This document shows, one piece after another, positions 9,995 to 21,459 of a DNA stretch of 64,000 nt. How positions within the stretch are numbered: the first letter of the stretch is position 1; every line of letters starts with the position of its first letter. Source of the stretch: Nitrospinota bacterium (lineage in GTDB: Bacteria; Nitrospinota; Nitrospinia; Nitrospinales; VA-1); contig JAYNIA010000005.1 of assembly GCA_038108555.1 (NCBI GenBank), positions 25,071 to 89,070 of the forward strand, read 5' to 3'. Below the pieces are notes generated by a model, which ran no database searches, was not told the origin of the DNA, and worked only from the letters and a program-made list of their open reading frames with translations. The position numbers were made by a program, and so were the translations under genes.

Positions 9995-11248
9995 CTATTT
10001 TATACGACGTATTTGCGCACCCAGCTTGGATAATTTTTTTTCAATACTTACATAGCCACGATCAATATGATAAACCCGTGAGATTATAGACTGCCCTTTT
10101 GCTGCCAACGCAGCGAGAACCAGCGAAGCACTTGCCCGTAAATCCGTGGCCATCAAGGGAGCGCCTGAAAGACCCTGCACTCCATTAATAATAGCCGTAT
10201 GACCATCCAATGAAATATCGGCCCCCATCCTTTTTAATTCTGCAACATGCATGAACCGATTTTCGAAAACGGTCTCAACGATAATACTCTGTCCTTGCGC
10301 CAATGTCATCAACGCCATAAATTGCGCCTGGATATCGGTTGGAAAACCCGGATAGGGATGGGTTTTAGCGTTAACGGAACCAATTGGCCCATTTCCCCTT
10401 ACCCGGATTTTGTCTTCACCCACCTCAACATCCACCCGGGCTTCCTGAAGTTTCAAGGTAATAGGTTCTACATGTTTAGGCATGCAATTTTCTATCGTCA
10501 CATCACCCTGTGTGATTGCAGCAGCAATCATGAATGTACCCGTTTCAATTCGGTCCGGGAAAATGGTGCATTCGATGGGATTGATCGAAGTGGTTCCCTG
10601 AATGGTAATGATATCCGTACCATGACCTGAAATTTTTGCTCCTGCCTGATTTAAAATTTCAGCAAGGAAAACCACTTCAGGTTCTTTAGCAGCATTTTCA
10701 AGGACGGTTTCCCCCTCTGCCAATACCGCTGCCATCATTAAATTTGCAGTGCCTGTCACGGAAACAGTGTCAAAGTAAAATTGCATTCCCTTGAGGCGAT
10801 CAGTTTTACCCTGAACATAGCCTTGTTCAAGTGAAATCTTTGCCCCCATTGCCTCGAGTCCCTTGATATGAAGATCAATAGGCCGTGCCCCAATCGCACA
10901 ACCTCCTGGCAAGGAAACCCGTGCCTGTCCCAGTTTGGCCAGCAAAGGTCCCAGCACAAGACACGAAGCCCGCATGGTAGACACCAGGTCGTAGGGTGCT
11001 TCCGGATTATCTGCATTTGATGTATCGAGAATGATTTTTTCGTTGCGGTAACTTTCTACCTTGGCACCTAAATCTTCCAGAAGTTTAATCATCGTGGCTA
11101 CATCGCGAACTTTTGGGACTCCATCAATAATATTTCGTCCCCGGGTCAGCAATGTCGCAGCAAGAACAGGCAAGACCGCGTTCTTGGCACCGCTCATTTT
11201 CACCACTCCTTCAAGCGGCGTTCCTCCTTCAATAGCAATTTTATCCAT
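9995..11248 (-). CDS. murA: UDP-N-acetylglucosamine 1-carboxyvinyltransferase
   Basis: SGAKNAVLP, MRAS, LPGGCAIGARP, PYPGFPTD, ATDLRA, HIDRGY. Confidence 0.98.
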   Translation of the reverse strand: MDKIAIEGGTPLEGVVKMSGAKNAVLPVLAATLLTRGRNIIDGVPKVRDVATMIKLLEDLGAKVESYRNEKIILDTSNADNPEAPYDLVSTMRASCLVLGPLLAKLGQARVSLPGGCAIGARPIDLHIKGLEAMGAKISLEQGYVQGKTDRLKGMQFYFDTVSVTGTANLMMAAVLAEGETVLENAAKEPEVVFLAEILNQAGAKISGHGTDIITIQGTTSINPIECTIFPDRIETGTFMIAAAITQGDVTIENCMPKHVEPITLKLQEARVDVEVGEDKIRVRGNGPIGSVNAKTHPYPGFPTDIQAQFMALMTLAQGQSIIVETVFENRFMHVAELKRMGADISLDGHTAIINGVQGLSGAPLMATDLRASASLVLAALAAKGQSIISRVYHIDRGYVSIEKKLSKLGAQIRRIK

Positions 11249-12104
11249 TTGCGCTTTCTTTTTGAGCCTTGATCACGCGGTCATATCCCGAATAATCTTT
11301 TATTACCTCAATATTTTTATAACAGGAAAACTTTTCTAAAAGGTCCGTCACTTTTTTCGCCTGGGAATGACCGATTTCTAAAATCAAAAATCCATTCTCT
11401 TCAAGCTTATCCACTGCTTTAGGAATAATATTCTTATAAAAATCCAATCCATCGTTCCCACCGTCCAATGCTTTAATGGGTTCATAATTTTGAACCTCGG
11501 GCATAATTTTTTGGATGTCTTCAGAAGGAATGTAAGGTGGATTCGATAAAATCATAGAATATAGTCCCGGCCAACTGCCGTTTTTCATATCACTACAAAT
11601 AAATTCGATCTTTCCTGCAACCCCATTGCGTAATGAGTTTTCTTTTGCGACACTCAACGCTTGGGGATCAATATCTATCGCAATAACTTTGCAGTCTTCA
11701 ATCTCTTTGGCCATAACAACAGAAAGAATTCCCGTCCCTGTTCCCAGATCCAAAATTCGGGCGGGAGCGGGTGGCATATATTTTAAAGCTGTTTCCACCA
11801 GGACTTCAGTTTCAGGCCTGGGACTTAATACATTCTCATTCACAATAAAATTGAGCGACCAGAACTCCTGATACCCAATGATTTGAGAAACAGGCTCACG
11901 TCTTCGCCGACGTTCTATATTTTGTTTTGCCAGAATTTTTTCGAGATCGTTTAGAACCCTTTCCGACTGGGTCCTGAGGTCTGTCCTGGAAAGTTTTAAG
12001 GTATGGGCAAGAATGATCTCGGAATCTAATCTCGGGGAGAGAACTCCCGCCTGAGCCAATTGATTTTGAGACCAATTAAGAAAAGAATCTATATTTGCAT
12101 CCAT
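11241..12104 (-). CDS. prmC: release factor glutamine methyltransferase
   Basis: PRPETE, LDLGTGTG, SNPPYI, ALDGG.DGL; follows prfA. Confidence 0.96.
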   Translation of the reverse strand: MDANIDSFLNWSQNQLAQAGVLSPRLDSEIILAHTLKLSRTDLRTQSERVLNDLEKILAKQNIERRRRREPVSQIIGYQEFWSLNFIVNENVLSPRPETEVLVETALKYMPPAPARILDLGTGTGILSVVMAKEIEDCKVIAIDIDPQALSVAKENSLRNGVAGKIEFICSDMKNGSWPGLYSMILSNPPYIPSEDIQKIMPEVQNYEPIKALDGGNDGLDFYKNIIPKAVDKLEENGFLILEIGHSQAKKVTDLLEKFSCYKNIEVIKDYSGYDRVIKAQKESANG

Positions 12105-12110
12105 CCTTTT

Positions 12111-13178
12111 TTAGACGTCGCCTTTTAAAGCTTCGGATTGAAAATGGAGACTCAGTGCATCGATGATCTCGTCAAGCCCCCCCTCCATTATGGAGGTCAA
12201 TTTATGCAAGGTAAGCCCTATTCGGTGATCGGTTACACGCTCTTGCGGGAAATTATAGGTACGAATTCGTTCGCTGCGATCCCCTGACCCGACCTGTTGT
12301 TTTCTTTTGCTGGCCTGTTCATCGTGCATCTTTTTTTGTTCTTCATCATATAATCGGGCTCTCAAAACTTTCATCGCCTTATCCCGGTTTTTATGTTGCG
12401 ACTTTTCATCCTGACAGGTAACGATCATTCCCGTGGGAACGTAGGTGAGTCGAACTGCCGAGTCTGTGGTATTTACACTTTGTCCACCCGGACCCGATGC
12501 GCGATACACATCAATTTTAATATCTGAAGGGTTGATCTTTATATCCACATCCTCCACTTCAGGGAGAATGGCTACCGTTACCGCAGATGTGTGAATTCGC
12601 CCCTGGCTTTCCGTATCAGGAACCCGTTGTACACGATGGGTGCCGCCTTCATATTTCAATTTACTGTAGACTCCCTTCCCGGTGATACTAAAAATCACTT
12701 CCTTGAATCCCCCTTTGCCGGTCAGGTTGGAGCTTAGTATTTCTACCTGCCACCTTTTTTCTTCTGCAAACCGGGAATACATTCTAAACAGGTCATTCGA
12801 AAACAACGCTGCCTCTTCCCCGCCTGTCCCTGCGCGAATTTCAACAATGACGTTTCTTTCATCACGAGGGTCTTTGGGTAAAAGGAGAATTTTTAAATCT
12901 TCTTCGGCTTTCTTTTTTTGGGTTTCTACTTGAGCAAGATCTTCTTCTGCCATCTCAAGAAGTTCCGGATCGCTTTCTTCTTCCAGGATTTTTTTACTGT
13001 CCTCAAGCTGTTTGACATAATTTTGCAAGTCCTGAAACCGGTTGACTATAGGTGCCAGTTCAGATTGCTCTTTCGCGTATTTCTGGAATTCAGATTGCTG
13101 TGCAATGATTTTAGGATCACTGAGCAGATCATTGAGATCGTTGTAACGTTTTTCAACCGTTTTCAACTTATCAAACAT
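12111..13178 (-). CDS. prfA: peptide chain release factor 1
   Basis: [15 protein letters not shown](D)T (PxT), GGQ motif, RIRTYNFP. Confidence 0.98.
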   Translation of the reverse strand: MFDKLKTVEKRYNDLNDLLSDPKIIAQQSEFQKYAKEQSELAPIVNRFQDLQNYVKQLEDSKKILEEESDPELLEMAEEDLAQVETQKKKAEEDLKILLLPKDPRDERNVIVEIRAGTGGEEAALFSNDLFRMYSRFAEEKRWQVEILSSNLTGKGGFKEVIFSITGKGVYSKLKYEGGTHRVQRVPDTESQGRIHTSAVTVAILPEVEDVDIKINPSDIKIDVYRASGPGGQSVNTTDSAVRLTYVPTGMIVTCQDEKSQHKNRDKAMKVLRARLYDEEQKKMHDEQASKRKQQVGSGDRSERIRTYNFPQERVTDHRIGLTLHKLTSIMEGGLDEIIDALSLHFQSEALKGDV

Positions 13179-13229
13179 GGGAGATTCCGTACCTGGCGGA
13201 AAAATCAGGGGAAAGGGAAGAGGGAGAAG

Positions 13230-13457
13230 CTATTGGGGACTTGCAGATTCCTGTGGTTTTGCTTTGGCGTATTTGCGCTTGAATTTTTCAATGCGTCCCG
13301 CCGTATCCAGAAGTTTTTGTTTCCCTGTAAAAAAAGGATGGCAAGCTGAACAAATTTCCACATGCAAATCTTTAAGGGTCGTTCGTGTTTCCACTTCAGC
13401 CCCACAAGCACAACGGACTTTTGTTTCGAAATATTCTGGATGAATGCTTTCTTTCAT
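13230..13457 (-). CDS. rpmE: 50S ribosomal protein L31 (zinc-binding type)
   Basis: [25 protein letters not shown]. Confidence 0.97.
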   Translation of the reverse strand: MKESIHPEYFETKVRCACGAEVETRTTLKDLHVEICSACHPFFTGKQKLLDTAGRIEKFKRKYAKAKPQESASPQ

Positions 13458-13467
13458 TGTTTCACCG

Positions 13468-14739
13468 TCAAGAGTTCATAGTCGACAGAAATTCTGCGTT
13501 CGTTTTTGATTCCTTAATTTTCTGCAAGAGAAGGTCCATCGTATCATGAATGCCCATGGGTAGCAAAACTTTTCTCAATAGCCAGACGCGCTGGAGATCC
13601 GCCTCGGGAAGAAGAAGCTCCTCTTTTCGAGTGCCTGAGCGGTTGATATCGATGGAGGGGAAGGTTCTCTTATCCGCCAGTTTGCGGTCGAGAACGATTT
13701 CCATGTTACCCGTACCTTTAAATTCTTCAAAAATAACATCGTCCATTCGGCTGCCTGTGTCAACCAGGGCAGTGGCTATAATGGTAAGGCTTCCACCCTC
13801 TTCCAGGTTTCTGGCCGCACCAAAGAATCTCTTCGGTCGTTGCAAGGCATTGGAATCGACACCGCCTGACAATACTTTTCCGCTGGGAGGAACTATGGCG
13901 TTATAAGCTCGAGCCAGCCGGGTAATACTGTCGAGTAAAATTACGACGTCGCGCTTGTGTTCTACCAACCTTTTAGCCTTTTCAATGACCATTTCCGCCA
14001 CCTGTACATGTCGCTGGGCCGGTTCATCAAAGGTGGAGCTGATTACCTCGCCCCGAACCGAGCGCTCCATATCTGTCACTTCCTCCGGCCTTTCATCAAT
14101 CAGAAGAACGATCAAGGCGATTTCCGGATAATTGGTACTGATGCTGTTTGCAACCGATTGCAGCAACATGGTTTTACCCGTACGGGGAGGAGCAACAATA
14201 AGTCCGCGTTGTCCTTTTCCAATTGGCGTCATCAGGTCCATGACCCGGGCGCTGTAATCCTTCCCACCGGGCGTTTCCAAACGAATGCGCTCTTCAGGAT
14301 AAAGTGGAGTGAGATTATCGAATAATATTTTGTCTTTGGTCTTGTCGGGATTCTCAAAGTTGATGGCCTCTACCTTCAACAAAGCAAAGTAGCGCTCACT
14401 GTCTTTCGGAGGCCGAATCTGACCGGAGATGGTGTCTCCGGTTCGCATGTCAAATTTTCTGATTTGCGAAGGAGAAACATATATATCATCGGGACCCGGC
14501 AGATAATTATAAGTCGGTGCCCTTAGGAAACCGAACCCATCCGGTAGTATCTCCAATACCCCCTGGCCAAACATCAAACCATCTTTTTCGGTCTTGGCCT
14601 CCAGGATTCTGAAAATCAGGTCCTGCTTTCTGAGACCACTGTGGCCCTGGATTTTCAAATCTTTGGCAATATTAGTGAGCTCGGATATGGTTTTAGACTT
14701 GAGTTCTTCGATGTTCATTTGTGTCATGGCTTGTGGCAT
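13468..14739 (-). CDS. rho: transcription termination factor Rho
   Basis: [43 protein letters not shown]; exact start uncertain (14739, 14727 or 14718). Confidence 0.98.
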   Translation of the reverse strand: MPQAMTQMNIEELKSKTISELTNIAKDLKIQGHSGLRKQDLIFRILEAKTEKDGLMFGQGVLEILPDGFGFLRAPTYNYLPGPDDIYVSPSQIRKFDMRTGDTISGQIRPPKDSERYFALLKVEAINFENPDKTKDKILFDNLTPLYPEERIRLETPGGKDYSARVMDLMTPIGKGQRGLIVAPPRTGKTMLLQSVANSISTNYPEIALIVLLIDERPEEVTDMERSVRGEVISSTFDEPAQRHVQVAEMVIEKAKRLVEHKRDVVILLDSITRLARAYNAIVPPSGKVLSGGVDSNALQRPKRFFGAARNLEEGGSLTIIATALVDTGSRMDDVIFEEFKGTGNMEIVLDRKLADKRTFPSIDINRSGTRKEELLLPEADLQRVWLLRKVLLPMGIHDTMDLLLQKIKESKTNAEFLSTMNS

Positions 14740-14913
14740 CTTTGAGGTGAGAGTAAGACCGATCTGGTTTTGTTTTTGGTGGATTTTAAATCAGGTAGCG
14801 TAAATCAATTTAAAATGGTTTCTAAAATAACTAACGGCGAAAGCTAGAAAAAATTTAGCTGATATGTGATTGGATTTTTTAGGGATATGTCAGGGAGCTT
14901 TCGGAGCTTACTC

Positions 14914-14942
14914 ACTCTATCCAGTTCTTTCCCATTTGTCAA
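14914..14942 (-). promoter_or_regulatory. putative sigma70 promoter of the rho operon
   Basis: Minus strand TTGACA-17 nt-TAGAGT, implying a ~170-nt leader. Confidence 0.6.
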
Positions 14943-15120
14943 CCCCTTTCTACCATTTCAACCGAACCGCATTAATCTTCTGATCACTTTTCCATTGGAA
15001 TTGTTTTTAAAAACGGAGGATCGCAAAAGACCCATCCCCCGGGTTGACTCATCAAAGTTTGGCAGGCAAAATAGCCCCCGATATTCAAAACCATTACCCT
15101 GAACATTTAAGGATAGCTTC

Positions 15121-15537
15121 ATGGCTAATACAAAAAGCAAAAGAGATGACACTCATCAATGTGAAAAATGCCTTCCGGCTTATTGCTGTAATTATTTTGC
15201 ATTTGGAATAGATGAACCTGAAGACCGGCGCGACTATGAAAGCCTTTTATGGAAAATTGCCCATGAAAATGTTTCCATTTATATTTACCGTCAAGACTGG
15301 TTCATCATGATCCATAATCGATGCAATTTTTTAATGCCTGACAACAAATGTGCCATTTATGAGCACCGTCCCTATATGTGCCGTGAACACAGCACCGAGT
15401 CCTGCGAATATACCGGGGATGACTATGGCTTTACAGAGCACTTCAAAAGCTATGATGATTTGTTGATGTATATTAAGGAAAACACCAATTTCAGGTTTAA
15501 GCACGGACCAACGGGGGTGGGACCCAACTGCCTTTAG
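15121..15537 (+). CDS. YkgJ-family (CxxCxxCC) cysteine-cluster protein
   Basis: CEKCLPAYCC ... RCNFL...KCAIYEHRPYMCR; AAGGA upstream. Confidence 0.88.
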   Translation: MANTKSKRDDTHQCEKCLPAYCCNYFAFGIDEPEDRRDYESLLWKIAHENVSIYIYRQDWFIMIHNRCNFLMPDNKCAIYEHRPYMCREHSTESCEYTGDDYGFTEHFKSYDDLLMYIKENTNFRFKHGPTGVGPNCL

Positions 15538-15549
15538 GAGTACCTTTTA

Positions 15550-16122
15550 CTATTTATCTTCTTTTTTCTTTGCGGCAGGTTTTTTGGGCTCAGCTTTCTT
15601 TTTGGTCTCTTTTTTTGGTTTTTCTTCGGCTTCTTTTTTTGTTTCTTTTTTATCCGCAGCTTTTTTCTCGGTCGCCTTCGGCTTTGTTTCTTTTTTAGCT
15701 GCGGCTTTCTTAGGAGCCTCTTTTTTTGCGGCTTCCTTTGTTTTTTGCGGAGCGGGGGCTTCCCCTTCCCGGTCTACCAGTTCGATGAAGGCCATTGGAG
15801 CATTGTCACCGCGTCGAGGCCCTATCTTGATAATACGGGTATACCCTCCCGGACGGTTGGCATAACGTTCTGCAAGATCTCCGAATACTTTATGCACCGC
15901 TTCTTTTTGCGGTGCCAATTTGAAAGCCAGTCTCCTCGCATGGAGTGTTCCTTTTTTACCCAAAGTAATCGTCTTCTCTACTTTTCCGCGAAGCTCTTTG
16001 GCTTTAGCCAGAGTAGTTCTGATTCTTTCTCTCTGGATCAAGGCTCCGACCAGATTGCGAAAAAGCGCTTTCCTGTGGGCGGAAGTTCTCCCGAATTTTC
16101 TACCTGCTTTCAAATGCCGCAT
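15550..16122 (-). CDS. rplQ: 50S ribosomal protein L17 with a long K/A/E-rich C-terminal tail
   Basis: [31 protein letters not shown]. Confidence 0.98.
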   Translation of the reverse strand: MRHLKAGRKFGRTSAHRKALFRNLVGALIQRERIRTTLAKAKELRGKVEKTITLGKKGTLHARRLAFKLAPQKEAVHKVFGDLAERYANRPGGYTRIIKIGPRRGDNAPMAFIELVDREGEAPAPQKTKEAAKKEAPKKAAAKKETKPKATEKKAADKKETKKEAEEKPKKETKKKAEPKKPAAKKKEDK

Positions 16123-16148
16123 TGGGGGTTTTGCTCCTTAAAAAATAC

Positions 16149-17177
16149 TTATTGTTCAGGTTCAGCTTCTACTTCTTTTTTCTTCTGAGCCTGACTGATT
16201 TGTTTTAAATCTTCTTCTTCAACCTTCATACCCAGATGGAGGCCCATCTCTTCGAGAATTTCTTTGATTTCATTCAAAGATTTTCTACCAAAGTTTCTCG
16301 TTTTGAGCATTTCACCATCTGTTTTGGTCACCAATTCTGCAATGGTCTGGATGTTGGCATTCTTCAAACAATTGTAGGAGCGAACGGAAAGCTCAAGCTC
16401 TTCTACACATTTAGCCATATTGCCCAGCATCTTCTGTTTTTTCTCATCCACCTGTGGCATGACCGGTTCAGGCTCTTCATCAAAGTTGATGAAAATCTGC
16501 ATATGGTCTTTTACAATTTTTGCAGCATGTGCCACCGCATCTTCGGGTGTAATACCGCCATTGGTCCACAGTTCCATGACCAGTGAATCATAGTCACTGG
16601 ACTGTCCCACCCGGGTGTTTTCCACATGATAGGAAATTTTTTCAATGGGTGAGAAGTTGGCATCAATCGGAATCATTTGCACAGATTCATTTTCGATAAC
16701 ATGCTTGTCGGCCGATACATATCCGCGACCTTTCCTGACAATCATTTCCATATCCACTTTGGCACTCTGGTCAATGGTCAGAATTACATGATCGGGATTC
16801 AGAATTTCAACATCCGGATCGGCAACAATATCTTTGGCACAAACCGTCCCTGCTTCCGATGCCTTTATATAGATTCGTTTGGAATCTGCCTCACCTGTCA
16901 ATTTGAGGTTAAGCTGCTTGATGTTGAGGATGATCTCGGTAACATCTTCAACCACTCCAGGGATGGAAGAGAACTCATGGAAGATTCCCTCAAACTTAAC
17001 CGCTACAACCGCCGCCCCTTCAATAGAAGACAGAAGCATTCTGCGGAGAGAGTTTCCGATGGTTACTCCAAATCCACGTTCGAATGGACCTGCACTTAAT
17101 TTTCCGTAATATTCAGACCGGTTTTTCTTATCAAATTCTAATCGCTTAGGTTTAACGATACCCTGGGCTGTGAACAT
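16149..17177 (-). CDS. rpoA: RNA polymerase alpha subunit
   Basis: [26 protein letters not shown], alpha[26 protein letters not shown]; start set to ATG 17177 (GGAGG upstream). Confidence 0.98.
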   Translation of the reverse strand: MFTAQGIVKPKRLEFDKKNRSEYYGKLSAGPFERGFGVTIGNSLRRMLLSSIEGAAVVAVKFEGIFHEFSSIPGVVEDVTEIILNIKQLNLKLTGEADSKRIYIKASEAGTVCAKDIVADPDVEILNPDHVILTIDQSAKVDMEMIVRKGRGYVSADKHVIENESVQMIPIDANFSPIEKISYHVENTRVGQSSDYDSLVMELWTNGGITPEDAVAHAAKIVKDHMQIFINFDEEPEPVMPQVDEKKQKMLGNMAKCVEELELSVRSYNCLKNANIQTIAELVTKTDGEMLKTRNFGRKSLNEIKEILEEMGLHLGMKVEEEDLKQISQAQKKKEVEAEPEQ

Positions 17178-17236
17178 AAAGCCTCCGACCCCAAATTCGG
17201 GTCTCATCAATTGTTAATTATTTAGTGAATGACTGC

Positions 17237-17863
17237 TTATCTTGAATAGAGTTCTACAATCAACTGTTCTTCAATCGGCAACTTAACATCGTCCCTTGTA
17301 GGCATACTTTGAACAATCCCTTGTTTGCTATCCGAATCAAACGAAAGCCATTCGGGCAGGGTTTTTTCTTTAATATTTGCAATTGCCTCATTTACGGGTT
17401 TCTTTTTACTTTTGTTGGGATTGGGCGTGATAACATCCCCCTGCTTAAGAATATAAGAAGGGACGTTCATTTTCTTTCCATTAACATTGAAATGTTTATG
17501 GCGCACCAACTGGCGAGCAGCATTTCTGGAAGGTGCCAGTCCCATTCGGTATATCACATTATCAAACCTTAATTCCAGGTTTTGCAGCAGATTTTCACCC
17601 GTAACCCCTTTTTTTCTATCTGCTTTAAAAAAGTAGTTTCGAAAAGGTTTTTCTAAAACACCATAAATTCGTTTTACTTTTTGCTTTTCACGAAGCTGGA
17701 TGCCATATTCAGAGAACTTGGTGCGTCCCTGTCCATGTTGGCCGGGAGGATAGGCTCTTTTTTCAATAGCACATTTCGCCGTCTCACAACGGGAACCTTT
17801 TAAATATAGTTTTATTCCCTCTCGCCGACAAAGTCGACAAACAGAACCTCGATACCTGGCCAA
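17237..17863 (-). CDS. rpsD: 30S ribosomal protein S4 (zinc-binding type)
   Basis: [36 protein letters not shown] start. Confidence 0.98.
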   Translation of the reverse strand: MARYRGSVCRLCRREGIKLYLKGSRCETAKCAIEKRAYPPGQHGQGRTKFSEYGIQLREKQKVKRIYGVLEKPFRNYFFKADRKKGVTGENLLQNLELRFDNVIYRMGLAPSRNAARQLVRHKHFNVNGKKMNVPSYILKQGDVITPNPNKSKKKPVNEAIANIKEKTLPEWLSFDSDSKQGIVQSMPTRDDVKLPIEEQLIVELYSR

Positions 17864-17891
17864 ATTCAGCTTCTCCTTTCAGGATTAAACA

Positions 17892-18281
17892 TTAGACTCT
17901 TCTCCGTTTTCTGGGACGGCAACCATTGTGTGGAATGGGTGTCTTATCTCGAATAACGAGAATTTCCATTCCAGCAGCTTGCAGGGAACGGATCGCAGAC
18001 TCACGTCCGGACCCCGGACCTTTTACATGAACTTCAAGTTTTCTCATTCCCATATCCCGCGCTTTGACAGCCGCTTTGTCGGCAGCCACCTGGGCAGCAA
18101 AGGGAGTGCTTTTTCTCGATCCCTTAAAACCCTGTGCTCCAGCACTTGACCAAGACACCACATTTCCAGACATATCTGAAATGGTGATGATGGTATTGTT
18201 AAAAGTTGCACGAATATGTGCGACCCCTACCTCGGGAGCAGTTTTTTGTTTTTTCTTACCGGTTTTGGATTTTTTATCCAT
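17892..18281 (-). CDS. rpsK: 30S ribosomal protein S11
   Basis: [29 protein letters not shown]. Confidence 0.98.
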   Translation of the reverse strand: MDKKSKTGKKKQKTAPEVGVAHIRATFNNTIITISDMSGNVVSWSSAGAQGFKGSRKSTPFAAQVAADKAAVKARDMGMRKLEVHVKGPGSGRESAIRSLQAAGMEILVIRDKTPIPHNGCRPRKRRRV

Positions 18282-18314
18282 TAAATTTCTTTCTCCAGAT
18301 TTTTAATTACGTCC

Positions 18315-18686
18315 CTATTTCTTGGCACGGGCTCCGACCGTTTTCTTCGGACCTTTTCGAGTTCGCGCATTCGTGTGAGTTCTTTGTCCATGGACGGGCA
18401 AACCCCTTCGGTGCCTGAGACCTCGATAGGCACTTATATCCATCAGTCGCTTGATGTTCAAGGTCACATTTCGTCTAAGGTCCCCTTCCACTTCATATTC
18501 TTTATCTATGATATTTCGGATTCGCGTCACCTCTTCCTCCGTCAAGTCCTTCATCCTTATGGTTTCACCCACTTGGGCTTTTTGAAGGATCTCTTTTGAG
18601 GTGGTCCTGCCTACCCCATAAATATAGGTCAGGGCAATCCAGGCCGGTTTTTCTTTTGGAATATCAACACCTGCTATTCGTGCCAC
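18315..18686 (-). CDS. rpsM: 30S ribosomal protein S13
   Basis: [38 protein letters not shown] start. Confidence 0.98.
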   Translation of the reverse strand: MARIAGVDIPKEKPAWIALTYIYGVGRTTSKEILQKAQVGETIRMKDLTEEEVTRIRNIIDKEYEVEGDLRRNVTLNIKRLMDISAYRGLRHRRGLPVHGQRTHTNARTRKGPKKTVGARAKK

Positions 18687-18696
18687 GGTTTCTCCT

Positions 18697-18810
18697 TTAG
18701 CCTTGTCGCTGTTTATGTTTCGGGTTTTCGCAAATCACCCGTACCACCCCGCGACGGCGAATTACTTTACATTTCATGCAAATAGGTTTGACAGAAGCTC
18801 TTACTTTCAT
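18697..18810 (-). CDS. rpmJ: 50S ribosomal protein L36 (37 aa, missing from the ORF track)
   Basis: Hand translation [37 protein letters not shown]. Confidence 0.97.
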   Translation of the reverse strand: MKVRASVKPICMKCKVIRRRGVVRVICENPKHKQRQG

Positions 18811-18824
18811 AATCCTAATCCTTC

Positions 18825-19043
18825 TTATTTGTATCTATAAGTGATTCGACCCCGGGTCAAATCGTAGGGGGATAACTGCACTTTCACCTTGTCGCCGGAA
18901 AGTATGCGAATGAAATGCATGCGCATTTTCCCTGAAATATGCGCCAATACCTTGTGGCCATTTTCCAGCTCAACGCGGAACATTGCATTCGGCAATGGTT
19001 CCAGAATTGTACCCTCTACTTCTATCGATTCTTCTTTAGACAT
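18825..19043 (-). CDS. infA: translation initiation factor IF-1
   Basis: [33 protein letters not shown]. Confidence 0.98.
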   Translation of the reverse strand: MSKEESIEVEGTILEPLPNAMFRVELENGHKVLAHISGKMRMHFIRILSGDKVKVQLSPYDLTRGRITYRYK

Positions 19044-19046
19044 TCG

Positions 19047-19688
19047 TCATTCAATCATCCCACAGATTCGAGAAAAAATTTCTTCGACGGAACCCTTTGC
19101 AGCAACCGTTTTCAGGTTTCCCTCACCGCTATAAAACTCTTTAAGAGGAGCGGTTTCCTCTGCGTACACTTTTAGTCTCTTCTCTATCGTCTCCCGGTTA
19201 TCATCTGGCCTTTGGGCCAGAGTGCCGCCACAGGCGTCACATATACCGGGCTTTTTGGGCGGACGTGATTTTTGATGGAACATTGCTCCACAATCAGAAC
19301 AAGTGCTACGCCCTACCAACCTTTCGACAACCTCACCCTGATCCACTTCCAGGTCAATAACGCTGTCTATCCCCAGACCCAGGCCATTCAAAGTTTCTGA
19401 AAGCATTTTTGCCTGGGCATTATTCCTGGGAAACCCATCCAGAATGAATCCGTTTTCACAATCTTCCAGGCGAATTCGTTCTTTAATCATGCCCATGACG
19501 ACATCATCAGGCACTAACTGTCCTGCATCCATAACCGATTTGGCACGGGCTCCCAATTCGGTATTATCCTTTACCGCCTGTCTTAAAATATCCCCGGTGG
19601 AAATTTGCGGGATATGAAATTTTTCTTTCAGCAATTGTGCCTGGGTACCCTTCCCGGCACCCGGGGGTCCTAAAAGAATCAATCTCAT
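19047..19688 (-). CDS. adk: adenylate kinase with Cys4 zinc-binding LID
   Basis: GPPGAGKGTQ, ISTGD, ILDGFPR, CSDC...CDAC. Confidence 0.97.
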   Translation of the reverse strand: MRLILLGPPGAGKGTQAQLLKEKFHIPQISTGDILRQAVKDNTELGARAKSVMDAGQLVPDDVVMGMIKERIRLEDCENGFILDGFPRNNAQAKMLSETLNGLGLGIDSVIDLEVDQGEVVERLVGRSTCSDCGAMFHQKSRPPKKPGICDACGGTLAQRPDDNRETIEKRLKVYAEETAPLKEFYSGEGNLKTVAAKGSVEEIFSRICGMIE

Positions 19689-19691
19689 CGA

Positions 19692-21005
19692 TTAGCCTCT
19701 TCGGCTTTTCAAACGCCCCTTTTTCACAAAACCATCGTAATTTCTCATTACCAAGTGGGACTCTATTTGTTGCATAGTATCCAAGGAAACGCCCACCACG
19801 ATCAACAAGCTGGTTCCACCGAAGTAAAACGGAATGTTGAAGTATTTTATCAAATAATCTGGCAAAATACAGACTAAAGACAGATACAGCCCCCCATAGA
19901 ACGTGAGTCTTGAGAGAATCGTGTCGATGTACTCGGATGTTTTTGTACCCGGTCGAATTCCTGGCACATATCCACCGTGCTTTTTCATATTGTCAGCAAC
20001 ATCTACGGGATTGAAAATAACCGCCGTATAGAAGTAACAAAAGAAAAATATAGCACCTACAAAAATCAAACTATATATGATCGTCCCCGGGGTCAATGCG
20101 GCTGAAACCGACTGCATCCAGGGATGACTGATAAACTGCGCAATTGTCGCCGGAAACATGATGATCGATGAGGCAAAAATCGGCGGAATAACCCCCGATG
20201 TGTTCACCTTCAATGGCAGATGCGTAGACTGCCCGCCCATCATTTTCCTCCCCACTACCCTTTTTGCATACTGGATGGGGATACGACGTTGCCCTCCTTC
20301 TGTAAAAACAATGGCCCCGACAACAACCACCATTAAAACCAGAAGAAAAAGCATAACGAGCACTGACATTTCGCCTGTACCCATTAAATCCAAAGACTGA
20401 AATATTGCTGAAGGTGTCCCAGCAACAATCCCGGAAAAGATAATCAGGGAAATACCGTTACCAATTCCCCTTTCCGTAATTTGCTCCCCCAACCACATCA
20501 GGAACGAAGTTCCCGCAGTAAGCGTAATGATCGTCATCAATCGGAACGACCAACCGGGTTCCGGAACAATGGGGCTGCCCCCGGGGCTTTTCATTGCTTC
20601 AAGCCCAACTGCAATACCAGATCCTTGTATGGTACTCAATAACACCGTTCCATAACGGGTGTATTGAGTAATCTTTTTTTGCCCTTGTTCTCCCTCCTTT
20701 TTCAATCTCGCCAGGTAGGGTGAAACAATGGTCATCAGCTGCAAAATAATGGATGCGCTGATATAGGGCATGATACCCAATGCAAATATGGTCAACCGGC
20801 TCAATGCACCGCCGGAAAACATATCAAAAAAACCAAGAATGGTTCCCTGGGCTCGGGCAAACAATTCTGCCAAAGCTACAGAGTTGATCCCCGGAGTGGG
20901 TATATGCGCCCCGATCCGGTAGACCACCAGCAATCCCAGAGTAAAAAGAATTCTCTTTTTTAACTCTGGAACTCGAAATATATTACCGAAACTTTCTGCG
21001 GCCAT
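19692..21005 (-). CDS. secY: preprotein translocase subunit SecY
   Basis: [53 protein letters not shown]. Confidence 0.98.
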   Translation of the reverse strand: MAAESFGNIFRVPELKKRILFTLGLLVVYRIGAHIPTPGINSVALAELFARAQGTILGFFDMFSGGALSRLTIFALGIMPYISASIILQLMTIVSPYLARLKKEGEQGQKKITQYTRYGTVLLSTIQGSGIAVGLEAMKSPGGSPIVPEPGWSFRLMTIITLTAGTSFLMWLGEQITERGIGNGISLIIFSGIVAGTPSAIFQSLDLMGTGEMSVLVMLFLLVLMVVVVGAIVFTEGGQRRIPIQYAKRVVGRKMMGGQSTHLPLKVNTSGVIPPIFASSIIMFPATIAQFISHPWMQSVSAALTPGTIIYSLIFVGAIFFFCYFYTAVIFNPVDVADNMKKHGGYVPGIRPGTKTSEYIDTILSRLTFYGGLYLSLVCILPDYLIKYFNIPFYFGGTSLLIVVGVSLDTMQQIESHLVMRNYDGFVKKGRLKSRRG

Positions 21006-21446
21006 TTAGAGGTTTACAGCCTTTCCCCCGGACTTTTCAATTTTTGCCTGGGCTGATCCGCTGAACTTGTGCGCATGCACTGTGAGCGATTCCTTCAACT
21101 CCCCTGCCCCAAGAATTTTTACGGCTCCTGTCTTTTTTATCAACCCCTTTTCCTTCATGACTTCAGGGGTTACCGGGTCAGCGCCTGCGCATTTTGCAAG
21201 TTGCTCTACATTCACAATTTCATAATACTTCTTGAAAATATTCGTGAACCCGCGCTTGGGCAGCCTTCGGTAAAGCGGCATCTGGCCTCCCTCAAACCAG
21301 GGGGGCATTTTTCCTCCAGAGCGACTATTTTGCCCCTTTTGCCCCTTGCCTGAGGTCTTTCCAGTTCCAGACCCTATTCCACGACCGATCCGCTTCCGGT
21401 TTTTCCTTCCACCCGCCGGTCCTTTTAAATTAGATAATTGCAACAT
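21006..21446 (-). CDS. rplO: 50S ribosomal protein L15
   Basis: RIGRGIGSG.GKT, FEGGQMPLYRRLPKRGF. Confidence 0.98.
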   Translation of the reverse strand: MLQLSNLKGPAGGRKNRKRIGRGIGSGTGKTSGKGQKGQNSRSGGKMPPWFEGGQMPLYRRLPKRGFTNIFKKYYEIVNVEQLAKCAGADPVTPEVMKEKGLIKKTGAVKILGAGELKESLTVHAHKFSGSAQAKIEKSGGKAVNL

Positions 21447-21459
21447 ATATTTTCCTCGA

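Noticed and set aside
15550..15760. Repetitive T-rich DNA as a tandem repeat or CRISPR
   Set aside because: It is the coding sequence of the Lys/Glu/Ala-rich L17 tail; no repeat-spacer periodicity.
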